Shown one piece after another: positions 32,065 to 41,768 of a stretch of 64,000 nt of DNA (positions are counted from its first letter, which is position 1; each line of letters starts with the position of its first letter). Location: the NCBI GenBank assembly GCA_028866275.1, contig JAGWIK010000001.1:139306-203305 (forward strand), in the 5' to 3' direction. This DNA comes from Alphaproteobacteria bacterium (GTDB taxonomy: Bacteria; Pseudomonadota; Alphaproteobacteria; UBA9219). Under the pieces are notes generated by a model. That model was not told the origin of the DNA. It was given only the letters and a program-made list of their open reading frames with translations, and did not search any database. Both the position numbers and the translations under genes were made by a program.

Positions 32065-33081
32065 ATGACCGCCTCCATCCGCGTTTCCATCAACGGTTTC
32101 GGCCGCATCGGCCGCCTTGTCCTGCGCGCCGCGTTCGAAGCTGGCCGCGACGATATCGAAATCGTCGCGATCAACGATCTTGCTTCGGCGGAAACCAATG
32201 CCCATTTGCTGAAATATGATTCCGTGCATGGCCGTTTCGACGGCGATGTCGCCGTCGACGGCAACGATCTGATTATCAACGGCAAGCGCGTCAAGGGTTT
32301 GCAGGTGTCCGATCCGGCCAAGCTGGGATGGGGCGATCACGGCATCGATGTGGCGATGGAATGTTCGGGCCGTTTCACCAAGCGCGACGATGCGTCGGCC
32401 CATTTGAAAGCCGGGGCGAAGAAAGTCCTGATTTCCGCGCCCGCCACCGATGAAGACATCACGGTGGTTTACGGCGTCAATCACGGCGAATTAAAGGCCG
32501 CGCACACCGTCGTGTCGAACGCGTCCTGCACCACCAATTGCCTTGCCCCCGTGGCGTTTGTGTTGAACAACGCGATTGGCATCGAACACGGCTTTATGAC
32601 CACCATCCATTCCTATACCGGCGATCAACGCACCGTCGACACGATGCACAGCGATTTGCATCGCGCCCGCGCCGCGGCGTTGAACATGATCCCGACCTCG
32701 ACAGGCGCCGCCAAGGCGGTGGGCAAAGTGTTGCCCGCGCTGAAGGGCAAGCTCGACGGCACATCGATCCGCGTGCCCACCCCCAACGTTTCCGTGGTCG
32801 ATTTCAAATTCACCACCAAACGCGCCACGACGGTTGATGAAATCAATGCCGCTATTTCCGCCGCCGCGTCGAACGGGCCGTTGAAGGGCATTCTGGGGAC
32901 CTATACCGAGCCTCTGGTATCGTCGGACTTCAACCACGATAAACGGTCGTCGATTTTCGCCTTGGGCGAAACCAAGGTTATTGACGGCACTTTCGTGCGC
33001 GTCATGAGCTGGTACGACAATGAATGGGGCTTTTCGAACCGCATGTCGGACACGGCCGCGGCGATGATGGCCGCGAAATAA
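32065..33081 (+). CDS. gap: glyceraldehyde-3-phosphate dehydrogenase (type I)
   Basis: INGFGRIGR, ASCTTNCL and WYDNE motifs. Confidence 0.98.
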   Translation: MTASIRVSINGFGRIGRLVLRAAFEAGRDDIEIVAINDLASAETNAHLLKYDSVHGRFDGDVAVDGNDLIINGKRVKGLQVSDPAKLGWGDHGIDVAMECSGRFTKRDDASAHLKAGAKKVLISAPATDEDITVVYGVNHGELKAAHTVVSNASCTTNCLAPVAFVLNNAIGIEHGFMTTIHSYTGDQRTVDTMHSDLHRARAAALNMIPTSTGAAKAVGKVLPALKGKLDGTSIRVPTPNVSVVDFKFTTKRATTVDEINAAISAAASNGPLKGILGTYTEPLVSSDFNHDKRSSIFALGETKVIDGTFVRVMSWYDNEWGFSNRMSDTAAAMMAAK

Positions 33082-33096
33082 GGGGCTGTCTGGGTG

Positions 33097-33450
33097 TTAT
33101 CGGGTGCGTGTTTTTATGACGTCCCCTTCGACTTTCCATCCGGCTTCACCGTATATGTAGGGAATATACCATTGGTAGCTTGTCACGGTGACGTCCGTCA
33201 TGACGTCGCCGTCTGACTTCCTGAAAGCGTCGGTCAGAGCGTCGGAAAGATTAGGATTCGTTTTAGTGGGGATCAAAACAAAGATTTGGGATTTGTCCTC
33301 ACCCACAACGTCTTTTGTTTTGGTGGCTTTGCCCAAGTCAAATTTACTGACATTGACAATCTTGTTTGACATCACTGTGAATGTTCCCTGATTGGTCGTG
33401 CAGCCGGACAGGGCGAGGGCGATTAGCGGCAGAGCAATTTTTTTCATCAT
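33097..33450 (-). CDS. small lipoprotein, paralog of the upstream gene
   Basis: Lipobox LSGC; V-GED...F-LIP...DAL-DA-RK--GD-M-D; TAATG overlap with the upstream gene. Confidence 0.8.
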   Translation of the reverse strand: MMKKIALPLIALALSGCTTNQGTFTVMSNKIVNVSKFDLGKATKTKDVVGEDKSQIFVLIPTKTNPNLSDALTDAFRKSDGDVMTDVTVTSYQWYIPYIYGEAGWKVEGDVIKTRTR

Positions 33451-33794
33451 TAGTTCCCCCTGGTCTTGACAACGGTGCCTTGGATTTCGATCGTCTGCTG
33501 ACCAACCAGGAACCACCAGGATTTTCTGTAAACCGAAGCATCGACCATTAAGTCGCCGTTTGTTTTTCTTAACGCGTCATCAAGCGCCCCTTTCAATGTG
33601 GGTTGGCCAAAGGGGATGAAAAGGAAGACAAACCGGGAGTCGTCGCCGACAACATTTTTAATTTGCGGCGCTTTGTCGAGATCAACCGTTTTCAAATCCA
33701 CATTTTTATTAGAGACGACCGACAAATCGGTTACATAGGTTGTGCAGCCGGAAAGGAAAAGTAAGGCCACAATTAAAGAGGGTATTTTATTCAT
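33450..33794 (-). CDS. small lipoprotein
   Basis: Lipobox LSGC; VVGDDSRFVFLFIP...ALDDALRK--GDLMVD. Confidence 0.8.
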   Translation of the reverse strand: MNKIPSLIVALLFLSGCTTYVTDLSVVSNKNVDLKTVDLDKAPQIKNVVGDDSRFVFLFIPFGQPTLKGALDDALRKTNGDLMVDASVYRKSWWFLVGQQTIEIQGTVVKTRGN

Positions 33795-33922
33795 GTTTCT
33801 TCCTTGTAAAAACCACAGGTTGAAATTTATCGGTTTTTCTTTGGATTACAAGGTGTTTTGTTATGGTGGGGGCTGTAAACAACCGGGGGTGCGCAAATGT
33901 TTAAACCAACAAGGTACAGGTT

Positions 33923-34897
33923 ATGGTGGTATTAGTCACCGGCGTCGCGGGCTTTATCGGCTTTCATGTCGCCAAGACTTTGCTGGCGCGCGGGGACGAG
34001 GTCATCGGCGTCGACAATCTGAACGATTATTACGATGTTGCGTTGAAACAGGCGCGGCTCGATCTGCTGACGCCGCACAAAAACTTCTTGTTCCGCAAAA
34101 CCAGCATTGCTGACAAAGATGCGATGTTGCCGTTGGCCCGAACGGGCATCACCCGTATCGTCCATCTGGCGGCGCAGGCGGGCGTGCGTTATTCGCTGCA
34201 AAACCCGTTCGCCTATGCGGAATCGAATCTGATGGGGCAGGTGGTGATGCAGGAACTGGCGCGCCATACGCCGAACCTTGCGCATTTCGTTTATGCCAGC
34301 TCGTCATCCGTTTACGGCGGCAACACCAAAATTCCGTTCGCGGTCGGCGATGCGGTGACGAAACCCGTGTCGTTGTATGCCGCGACCAAATGCGCCGACG
34401 AATTGATGGCCTATACTTACGCGCATCTGTACCGCATCCCGATGACGGGGCTGCGTTTCTTTACCGTCTATGGCCCGTGGGGACGGCCCGATATGGCGGC
34501 TTATATTTTCACGCGGCAGATATTGGCGGGCGAACCGATCAAGGTTTTCAACCACGGCAAGATGCGGCGCGATTTCACCTATATCGACGATATCGTCGCG
34601 GGCGTTCTGGCCGCTTTGGAAAAACCTCCCGTTGATAAAGGCGCGGAACCGCCGGTCGCGCTGTATAATCTCGGCAATTCACAGGCCGAGGATTTAACGC
34701 GCTTTATCGCCGTGCTGGAGAATGCGCTGGGCAAAAAAGCTATTATCGATTTACAGCCGATGCAGCCCGGCGACGTGCCCGAAACATTCGCCGATATCGC
34801 GGCCAGCGCGCGCGATTTGGGTTTCAAGCCCATGACGGGCATCGAACAGGGCATCGAAAAATTCGTGGCATGGTATCGGGGCTATCACGCCGGTTGA
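33923..34897 (+). CDS. NAD-dependent epimerase (UDP-glucuronate 4-epimerase-like)
   Basis: GVAGFIG, HLAAQAGVRYS, YAATK and RFFTVYGPWGRPDMA motifs. Confidence 0.93.
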   Translation: MVVLVTGVAGFIGFHVAKTLLARGDEVIGVDNLNDYYDVALKQARLDLLTPHKNFLFRKTSIADKDAMLPLARTGITRIVHLAAQAGVRYSLQNPFAYAESNLMGQVVMQELARHTPNLAHFVYASSSSVYGGNTKIPFAVGDAVTKPVSLYAATKCADELMAYTYAHLYRIPMTGLRFFTVYGPWGRPDMAAYIFTRQILAGEPIKVFNHGKMRRDFTYIDDIVAGVLAALEKPPVDKGAEPPVALYNLGNSQAEDLTRFIAVLENALGKKAIIDLQPMQPGDVPETFADIAASARDLGFKPMTGIEQGIEKFVAWYRGYHAG

Positions 34898-35268
34898 GGA
34901 AGGCGCGGTTGAGGAGGCTGGAGGCTCTGCGGCGATGGCACCAAGACGGCAGGAAGCCTTCTTATGAACATTGCAGCCCAATGCAACGGCATATCTCGCT
35001 GAAATCCGTACCCTTTTACATGTTCTCGTAAAACGACGCCATGCTGGGCTACGGCCATGAAAGAAACGCTGCCTATTGATTTGTCCAGGTCAACGATGCC
35101 TTCCCATTCTTTTTCGCTGCGCGTGTCGTCTTTGTAAACAGTCAAGAGATTGCCGGTTTCAACAAATTCGCTGCTGGTTCCGTTAGAGATCATCCAGCCA
35201 ACGCCTTCCATCCCCGTTTCGTAATACAGGCATAACCGGCCCGTGATTTCTTTCTTGGCTTCTTGCAT
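34885..35268 (-). CDS. orphan hypothetical protein, AT-richer
   Basis: ATG lies 2 bp after the xth stop; Pro/Gln-rich C-terminal tail. Confidence 0.65.
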   Translation of the reverse strand: MQEAKKEITGRLCLYYETGMEGVGWMISNGTSSEFVETGNLLTVYKDDTRSEKEWEGIVDLDKSIGSVSFMAVAQHGVVLREHVKGYGFQRDMPLHWAAMFIRRLPAVLVPSPQSLQPPQPRLPQPA

Positions 35269-35270
35269 GG

Positions 35271-36062
35271 CTATCCCACCTCCACAATCACCGGCACATG
35301 GTCGCTGGGTTTCGGTTCCCACCCGCGCGCGTCGCGCATGATGGCGGCGCGTTTCAGCGACGGCGCGAGGTCGGGCGTCACCCATATATGGTCGAGCCGA
35401 CGCCCGCGGTCGGAGGCGTCCCAATCCTGCGCGCGGTAACTCCACCATGAATATAATTTTTGGTCGGCGGGCGTGAAATGACGCACGGCGTCGTGCCAGC
35501 CGCCGGCTTTCTGCCACGCCGCGCATTTTTCGACCTCGACCGGCGTGTGCGACACCACGCCAAGCATTTGTTTGTGCGACCACACGTCGTTTTCCATCGG
35601 CGCGACGTTGAAATCGCCGACCAGAATGCGGGTTTTGCCGTCGCTCTTGCGTTTTTTCCACCACGCCGCGCATTCGTCCAGAAAACCCAGTTTATGCGCG
35701 AATTTCGGGTTGGCGACAGGGTCGGGAATATCGCCGCCCGCGGGCACGTAACAGCAATGGATTTCCGTGCCGTCGGGCAGGGATGCGAACGCATGGCGGC
35801 AATCCTCGCGGCCCTGCCAGTTTTTGTGGCCGGCACCGGACAAAGGCTGGCGCGACAGAATGGCGACGCCGTTATAACTTTTCATGCCGATGAAATGCTG
35901 GTGCCTGTACCCCTTGGCGGCCAGCGCCTCGCGCGGAAAGAACGCGTCCTGCGTTTTCGTTTCCTGCAAACAAATGACGTCGGGATTTTCTTCGTCGATC
36001 AACCGTTCAATAAGCCCGATGCGCAGCCGGACGGAGTTGATATTCCATGTCGCGATTTTCAT
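35271..36062 (-). CDS. xth: exodeoxyribonuclease III
   Basis: TWNINS, LQETK, YNGVAILS, GDFN, RLDHI and PSDH motifs. Confidence 0.95.
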   Translation of the reverse strand: MKIATWNINSVRLRIGLIERLIDEENPDVICLQETKTQDAFFPREALAAKGYRHQHFIGMKSYNGVAILSRQPLSGAGHKNWQGREDCRHAFASLPDGTEIHCCYVPAGGDIPDPVANPKFAHKLGFLDECAAWWKKRKSDGKTRILVGDFNVAPMENDVWSHKQMLGVVSHTPVEVEKCAAWQKAGGWHDAVRHFTPADQKLYSWWSYRAQDWDASDRGRRLDHIWVTPDLAPSLKRAAIMRDARGWEPKPSDHVPVIVEVG

Positions 36063-36071
36063 GAATGCCGG

Positions 36072-36713
36072 TTACGACGGATTATCGAAGGTCGGTGCGA
36101 CGAAAAAGAAATAATTGTCAGGGAAATTCGCGACTTTGGTCATATTGTCCAATGTCACGCCGGTCATGTGGCCTTCGGCGTCCACCACTTTCCATTGCCG
36201 CAATTCGATCGGGTTGTTGTCGAAAACCAATGTCAGGCTGCCCGCGGCGGGGTCTTTGGTTTGTTCCAGCGTGACGTCGATCAGGCCGGGCGGGGTCTGG
36301 AATTTGGTCACGGTGACGTCGCCGCTTAATTTGACGGGATCGCGCAGGATGAATTCGGCCAGGCTTGACCCTTCCTCGACATTGGTTTGCGCTTTCAGGT
36401 CGTTGTTCCAGATATGGACGAAATCGCCGTCGGCGATGACGAAATCCTTGTCCGGCGGGTCATAGGTCGCGCGCATCTTGCCGGGGCGCGAAATCGCCAT
36501 CTTGCCGTGCAGCATGCCGCCGGCATCGTCGACTTGCAGGAAATCGGCGGTGACGTTTTTGAGGCTGTTCAGATAGTTCTGGATCAGGACGATGTCGGCT
36601 TTTTGCGCCGGCGTCAGGGCGGCAGGCACGGCCGTGCCGGAATCGTCGGCGAAAGCGGGCGAAGCGGGTGCGGCCAAAACGGCCAGCAAGGCGATAAGGA
36701 TGCGTTTTTTCAT
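36072..36713 (-). CDS. lolA: outer-membrane lipoprotein carrier LolA-family protein
   Basis: Signal peptide; ADFLQ, RPGKMR-Y, ADG and L-QW-V-D motifs; upstream of xth as is typical of alphaproteobacteria. Confidence 0.85.
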   Translation of the reverse strand: MKKRILIALLAVLAAPASPAFADDSGTAVPAALTPAQKADIVLIQNYLNSLKNVTADFLQVDDAGGMLHGKMAISRPGKMRATYDPPDKDFVIADGDFVHIWNNDLKAQTNVEEGSSLAEFILRDPVKLSGDVTVTKFQTPPGLIDVTLEQTKDPAAGSLTLVFDNNPIELRQWKVVDAEGHMTGVTLDNMTKVANFPDNYFFFVAPTFDNPS

Positions 36714-36763
36714 GTCCGGCAGAATGGGGGAAGAATGCGGCAAAAGAAAGGGGGAAATAACCC

Positions 36764-37918
36764 TTATTTTTTAATGCGCTCCGCCGGAAACAGCAACGTC
36801 ACCGTGGTGCCGTTGCCAAGCTCGCTGACCAGATCGAGCGTGCCGCCATGCAATTCAACCAATGCCTTGGTCAAGGGCAGGCCCAACCCCGTGCCCTGAT
36901 GCTTGCGGCTTAACGCGCTTTCGATCTGGCCGAACGGGGTCAGGGCCACGGCGATGTCGTCGGGCGCGATGCCGATGCCGCTGTCGATGACGCTGATTTT
37001 CATATGGCCCGCATCGTCGATCATCGCCGACAAGGTCACGCTGCCGCCTTCGGGCGTGAATTTGACGGCGTTGGTCAACAGATTGGTCAGGATCTGTTTC
37101 ATCGCTTTTTCTTCGCCGCGTAACGCGGGAAAATCGCGCGGAATGTGAATGTTCAGCCGCACCTTGCCTTCCTTGGCGCGGGCCGCGACCAGACGCACGA
37201 CCGATTGCACCACGGCGTCGATATTCAAGGTCGTGTCGTGAAGCTGGCGTTTGCCGGCTTCGATTTTCGACATGTCGAGAATATCGTTGATCAGCGACAG
37301 CAGCAATTGGCCGCTGTCGTAAATATCCTTGGCATATTCCGTATATTGCGGCTGGCCCATGGGGCCGAACATCTCGCCCTTCATGATTTCGGAAAAACCG
37401 ATAATGGCGTTCAAAGGCGTGCGCAATTCGTGGCTCATATTCGCCAGAAATTCCGACTTGCTGCGGTTGGCGAAATCGGCCTGTTCCTTGGCGCGGGCGG
37501 TCGCCAGTTCGGCGCGTTTGCGTTCGGTGATGTCGTACATCGCGCAATCGAACACGTCGTTGCCGTCCTGCTCCTGCGTGATGTGGCCGCTCAGGCTGAC
37601 CCAGATAACGCGCCCGTCCCGCGTGCGGATTTCGGCTTCGCGGGCGTGGCGGCCGCCGGCGCGGATATCGGCGATCCAGGCGTCGCGCTGGGTTTGATCG
37701 ACGAACAGTTGTCCTTGCGCGTCGGGCCGGGCCGCCAGCAAGGCATCGGGCGTCTCATAGCCCAGAATGGCGGCGGCGGCGGGGTTGGCGCTGGCCCAGA
37801 CATCATTCGCCGCGATACGGAAAATGCCGATATCGGTATTTTCGAAAATCGCGCTGTATTTGCGTTCGCAGGCCTGAAGCGCGGCGGCGAGCTGGTCGTA
37901 TGACGGCTGGTCTGACAT
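36764..37918 (-). CDS. cytoplasmic PAS histidine kinase (PleC/DivJ/PdhS-like)
   Basis: PAS domain, H-box FLANMSHELRTPLNAIIGFSE, and N, G1 and G2 boxes. Confidence 0.92.
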   Translation of the reverse strand: MSDQPSYDQLAAALQACERKYSAIFENTDIGIFRIAANDVWASANPAAAAILGYETPDALLAARPDAQGQLFVDQTQRDAWIADIRAGGRHAREAEIRTRDGRVIWVSLSGHITQEQDGNDVFDCAMYDITERKRAELATARAKEQADFANRSKSEFLANMSHELRTPLNAIIGFSEIMKGEMFGPMGQPQYTEYAKDIYDSGQLLLSLINDILDMSKIEAGKRQLHDTTLNIDAVVQSVVRLVAARAKEGKVRLNIHIPRDFPALRGEEKAMKQILTNLLTNAVKFTPEGGSVTLSAMIDDAGHMKISVIDSGIGIAPDDIAVALTPFGQIESALSRKHQGTGLGLPLTKALVELHGGTLDLVSELGNGTTVTLLFPAERIKK

Positions 37919-37953
37919 GGGGTTACCATGCCTGCGCAACCCCTAAAAACCGG

Positions 37954-38721
37954 TTAAAGGGGTTGTTTCCACCCGTGCAGGTTGATGATCTCGATGGTCG
38001 CCGGAATATGACCGTTCGCGTCGCCGAAACGGTCGCGATACAGCCGCGCGGCCTCGAAAAACACCGCGCGGCGCGTGGCGGCGCGTGGGCGCTGGCTGTG
38101 GGCATTGGTCTGGCCTGTGCCGCGCAGGTCGCGCATCAGGGCGAACATGTCGGGATAAACGACGGTGACGGTTTCGATATCGGCGACGGGCAGGGCAAAG
38201 CCGCCGCGTTGCATCAGGATGCTGGCGGTCTGCAAATCCAGCGTCGGCGACAGGCGCGGGCTGATGCCGCCGGACACCGCGATTTCGGCCTCCATCAAAC
38301 AGGCGCGCAATTCGTGAAGCGTGTTTTCGCCGGGCAGCGCGGCGATGAACATCCCGTCGGGTTTCAGCACGGCGTGGATTTGCGCCAGAACGCCCGGCAG
38401 GTCGTCGACCCAATGCAGGGCCATGACGCTGGCGACAAGGTCGGCGCTCGCGGCGGCGAAGGGCAGGATTTCCGCGTCCTGCATCAACGCACCGGGCGCG
38501 TGGGTGACCCCGGCGATTTTCGCGCCGGTTTCAAGGCAGGCAAAGGGGCTGAGGTCGAGCGCGGACTCGAACCGTCGCGCGACATCGCCGACGCGTTCGG
38601 CGACAATTGCTGCCATGGCGCGGAACAAGGCATCATGTTGCGCGAACACAGGCGCGGCGCGCGCGATATGGCGGCGCAGCGCGGCGCGGTCGAACAAGGC
38701 GGGCGGTACGGGTGAAGGCAT
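37954..38721 (-). CDS. SAM-dependent methyltransferase (BioC/NDUFAF5-like)
   Basis: LFDR, LHWVDDLPG, LKPDG, TLHELR, GFALPVAD and LMRDLRG motifs. Confidence 0.85.
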   Translation of the reverse strand: MPSPVPPALFDRAALRRHIARAAPVFAQHDALFRAMAAIVAERVGDVARRFESALDLSPFACLETGAKIAGVTHAPGALMQDAEILPFAAASADLVASVMALHWVDDLPGVLAQIHAVLKPDGMFIAALPGENTLHELRACLMEAEIAVSGGISPRLSPTLDLQTASILMQRGGFALPVADIETVTVVYPDMFALMRDLRGTGQTNAHSQRPRAATRRAVFFEAARLYRDRFGDANGHIPATIEIINLHGWKQPL

Positions 38722-38768
38722 GACAAAACCGGTTGAGGGAAGACAGTCTTATGCCATATTGGCCTGCC

Positions 38769-39173
38769 ATGTCACGTTTCTCGATCTTCTTTGCGCCTTG
38801 GCGCTGCATGATCGCCTGTCTCGCTTTGTTCGCGATGCTGGTGCCGTCGGCGACGTTCCTGGTGCATCACCCCGCGGGCCGTCTGGCGGGCATGATGCCG
38901 AATTGCGGCATGTCCGGCATGGCGACTATGGCGGCGGATATGCAGGGCGGCCCTGCCAAGCCGTATAAAACGCCGCATAAAACAACGCCGCCATGCCCCA
39001 TCTGCCAAAGCCTGCATATCATGGCGGGCGGTTTTGTGCCGCCCGATTTGTCCGCGGCCGTCCTTGTCGCGCCGACAACCGGCATTGGCATCATCGCGTT
39101 GCCGCCGGCGGTCTTGATTGCCCGCCTGATCGCGCCGCAGGCACGGCCCCGCGCGCCGCCTTTCCGCGCCTGA
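38769..39173 (+). CDS. DUF2946-like protein (CxxC and C-terminal PRAPP)
   Basis: N-terminal hydrophobic segment, Met-rich middle, CPIC, QARPRAPP near the C-terminus. Confidence 0.8.
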   Translation: MSRFSIFFAPWRCMIACLALFAMLVPSATFLVHHPAGRLAGMMPNCGMSGMATMAADMQGGPAKPYKTPHKTTPPCPICQSLHIMAGGFVPPDLSAAVLVAPTTGIGIIALPPAVLIARLIAPQARPRAPPFRA

Positions 39174-39246
39174 ATCCAAATATCGTTATGCAATCACGGG
39201 GCGCGGCCTTGCCGCTGCCTTTCATTTTCTTGCGAGGGGGAATCCC

Positions 39247-40164
39247 ATGTCCAAAAAACTTCTGTTCGTCACTTTGTCTTTATTGGTTTTCGCGCCGGCC
39301 GCCGCGCAGGCCTGCGCCTGCGGGTGCGGCATCTTTGATGTCGGCACCGGCACAATGATGCCGACATCGTCGGGCGGCACGGTGTGGCTGGAATATGATT
39401 ATATGGACCAGAACCGGAATTGGGCCGGCCAAGGCCCGTCGAACGCCGCCAATAATTCCGACAAGGAAATCACCACCCATTTCATCACGGCGGGCGGGCA
39501 ATATATGTTCAACCGTTCGTGGGGGGCCGAAATTGAAATTCCCTACGACCTTCGCACCTTCGATACCACCGGTGACGATGGCGGTCCGGCGCAATTCACG
39601 CATAGCGCGTTGGGCGATATTCGGGTCAAGGGCATTTATTCGGGTTTTTCCGACGATATGTCGACGGGCGTGACCTATGGGTTGAAACTGCCGACCGGTG
39701 ATTATTCCTATTCGGGGTTCGACCGCGATACGGGGATCGGCACGGGCAGCACCGACTGGTTGTTGGGCGGCTATCATATGGGGTTGCTCAGCAGCGCGGC
39801 GCATCTTGACTGGTTCGTCAACGGTCAATGGGACCACGCCTTTACGGTCAGCAGCCATTACCGGCCCGGCGACGAATGGGACGCCGCGCTGGGGTCATAT
39901 TACGAGGCCGGCGCGATGCTGGGCGCCGACAGGCTGGCGCCCCTGCTGCAATTGCTGGGGTCGTACCGGCTGCATGATGTCGGCTTCAACGCCGATCCGG
40001 CCGATTCCGGTTATCGCCGCTTGCTGATCTCGCCCGGTGTGGAATATGATGTGCATAACGTCAAACTTTACGCCGATATCGAATTGCCGGTGTTTCAGGA
40101 TGTCAATGGCAACCAATTGACGGCCTCGGCCTTGGGTAAATTCATCGTCGGTTACAGCTTCTAG
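39247..40164 (+). CDS. putative outer-membrane beta-barrel (MetA/transporter-like) with N-terminal CACGC
   Basis: Signal peptide AQA followed by CACGC; LGDI, GLKLPTG and GTGSTD motifs; terminal aromatic YSF. Confidence 0.75.
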   Translation: MSKKLLFVTLSLLVFAPAAAQACACGCGIFDVGTGTMMPTSSGGTVWLEYDYMDQNRNWAGQGPSNAANNSDKEITTHFITAGGQYMFNRSWGAEIEIPYDLRTFDTTGDDGGPAQFTHSALGDIRVKGIYSGFSDDMSTGVTYGLKLPTGDYSYSGFDRDTGIGTGSTDWLLGGYHMGLLSSAAHLDWFVNGQWDHAFTVSSHYRPGDEWDAALGSYYEAGAMLGADRLAPLLQLLGSYRLHDVGFNADPADSGYRRLLISPGVEYDVHNVKLYADIELPVFQDVNGNQLTASALGKFIVGYSF

Positions 40165-40178
40165 GAAAAGAGGACAAG

Positions 40179-40781
40179 ATGCGCGCAAAAATCGGAAAAA
40201 TTCTGTGTCTCGCCGTTTTTTGCGCGCTGTTCCTGCCGGGTGTGGCGCGGGCGCAGGTCGCCGTTGGCGACAACATGCCCGCCCTGACCGCGACGACGCT
40301 GGACGGCAAAAAATTCGATTTGTCGGCGTTGAAAGGCAAGGTCGTCATCATCAATTTCTGGGCGACCTGGTGTCCGGCCTGCCACGAAGAAATGCCCGCG
40401 CTCGAAGCCGTATGGCGGCAATATCGCGGTCAGGGGTTGCAGGTTCTGGCGATCAGCTGCGATCTGCCGCGCACGCGCGGCGATGTCGGGCAGGTGATGA
40501 ATTATTTCTCGTTCCCCGCCGCGATGTTCGGCGATTTGACTAAAAACGGTTTCGGCACGCCGCAATCCATCCCCGTCACCTATGTTATCGATAAACAAGG
40601 CGTGGTGCGCGATATCCTGTCGCCTGACGTCACGCCGGTGACGGAATCCGGCCTCGGCGATATCGTCAAGGATTTGCTGGCGGCCAAAGACGCGGAAAAA
40701 CCGGATGCCAAAAAAACGGACGATAAACCCGCCGCCGCGCCTGCCGCACCACCTGCCGCCAAAACGGAAAACGCCCAGTGA
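40179..40781 (+). CDS. TlpA-family thiol-disulfide oxidoreductase
   Basis: Signal peptide; NFWATWCPACHEEMP and IPVTYVID motifs. Confidence 0.92.
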   Translation: MRAKIGKILCLAVFCALFLPGVARAQVAVGDNMPALTATTLDGKKFDLSALKGKVVIINFWATWCPACHEEMPALEAVWRQYRGQGLQVLAISCDLPRTRGDVGQVMNYFSFPAAMFGDLTKNGFGTPQSIPVTYVIDKQGVVRDILSPDVTPVTESGLGDIVKDLLAAKDAEKPDAKKTDDKPAAAPAAPPAAKTENAQ

Positions 40782-41605
40782 TCGACCCGACGGAAAACGC
40801 GCCCGACCTGTGGCGCGACATCTTTCCGTGGCCGGACGCCGACAGCCATAAATACACGCGCGGTACGCTGCTGATACGGGGCGGGGCGTCGATGACCGGC
40901 GCGGCGCGGCTGGCGGCGCGGGCGGCGCAACGGATGGGGGCGGGGCTGGTCATTCTGGCCGCGCCGCGCGATGCTTTGCCGATATATGCCGAGGCGTTGG
41001 AAAGCGTGATCGTGCGTCCGGCGGACACGCCGGACGAATGGCGCGATCTGGTCGGCGATGCGCGGCAACCGGCTGTGTTGATCGGCCCCGGCCTTGGGCG
41101 GGGCGCGGCGCAGAAAAACGAAACCCTGACCGCGCTGGCTGTCAAACGCCCCTGCGTGATCGATGCCGACGGGTTGACGAATTTTGCCGCCGAACCCGAA
41201 ACATTATTCGCGCATTTGCATGACGCCTGCGTTCTGACGCCGCACGAGGGTGAATTCGACCGGCTGTTTGGCGATAGGGGCGGCGACAAGGTGACGCGCG
41301 CCCGCGCCGCCGCGCGCGAGGCCGGATGCATCGTGCTGTTGAAAGGCGCGGAAACCGTCATCGCATCGCCATCGGGACAGGCGGTGGTTAACCGCAACGC
41401 GCCGCCCTGGCTGGCGACCGCCGGGTCGGGCGATGTGCTGGCGGGGATGATTGCCGGATTGCTGGCGCAAAAAATGGATGCGTTCCGGGCCGCCTGCGCC
41501 GCCGCATGGGGGCATGGACGTTGCGCGGCATTACACGGCCCCGGCCTGATCGCCGAGGATATAGTGGCCGGAATCCCGAAAATGCTGCAGGAAATCGCCC
41601 GATAA
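40778..41605 (+). CDS. nnrD: ADP-dependent NAD(P)H-hydrate dehydratase (stand-alone)
   Basis: HKYTRG, GAGLV, GPGLG, IDADG, LTPHEGEF and LATAGSGDVLAG motifs. Confidence 0.9.
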   Translation: MIDPTENAPDLWRDIFPWPDADSHKYTRGTLLIRGGASMTGAARLAARAAQRMGAGLVILAAPRDALPIYAEALESVIVRPADTPDEWRDLVGDARQPAVLIGPGLGRGAAQKNETLTALAVKRPCVIDADGLTNFAAEPETLFAHLHDACVLTPHEGEFDRLFGDRGGDKVTRARAAAREAGCIVLLKGAETVIASPSGQAVVNRNAPPWLATAGSGDVLAGMIAGLLAQKMDAFRAACAAAWGHGRCAALHGPGLIAEDIVAGIPKMLQEIAR

Positions 41606-41646
41606 AAAGGACTCGGCATCCGCGCCGGTTTTGCTATAAGGACGGC

Positions 41647-41741
41647 GGGAGACCGGCGCGGGCGAATCCGGTGCCAACCCGGTCAGGGCCGAAAGGCAGC
41701 AGCCGTAACATTTTCGATTCGGGTCGTGTCCGGTCTCCCAC
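41647..41741 (+). ncRNA. ffs: signal recognition particle RNA (4.5S)
   Basis: Terminal stem GGGAGACCGG/CCGGTCTCCC; domain IV TCAGGGCCGAAAGGCAGCAGC; near dnaX. Confidence 0.9.
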
Positions 41742-41768
41742 TTGTTTTCCCGAACATGCCTGTCCCTG

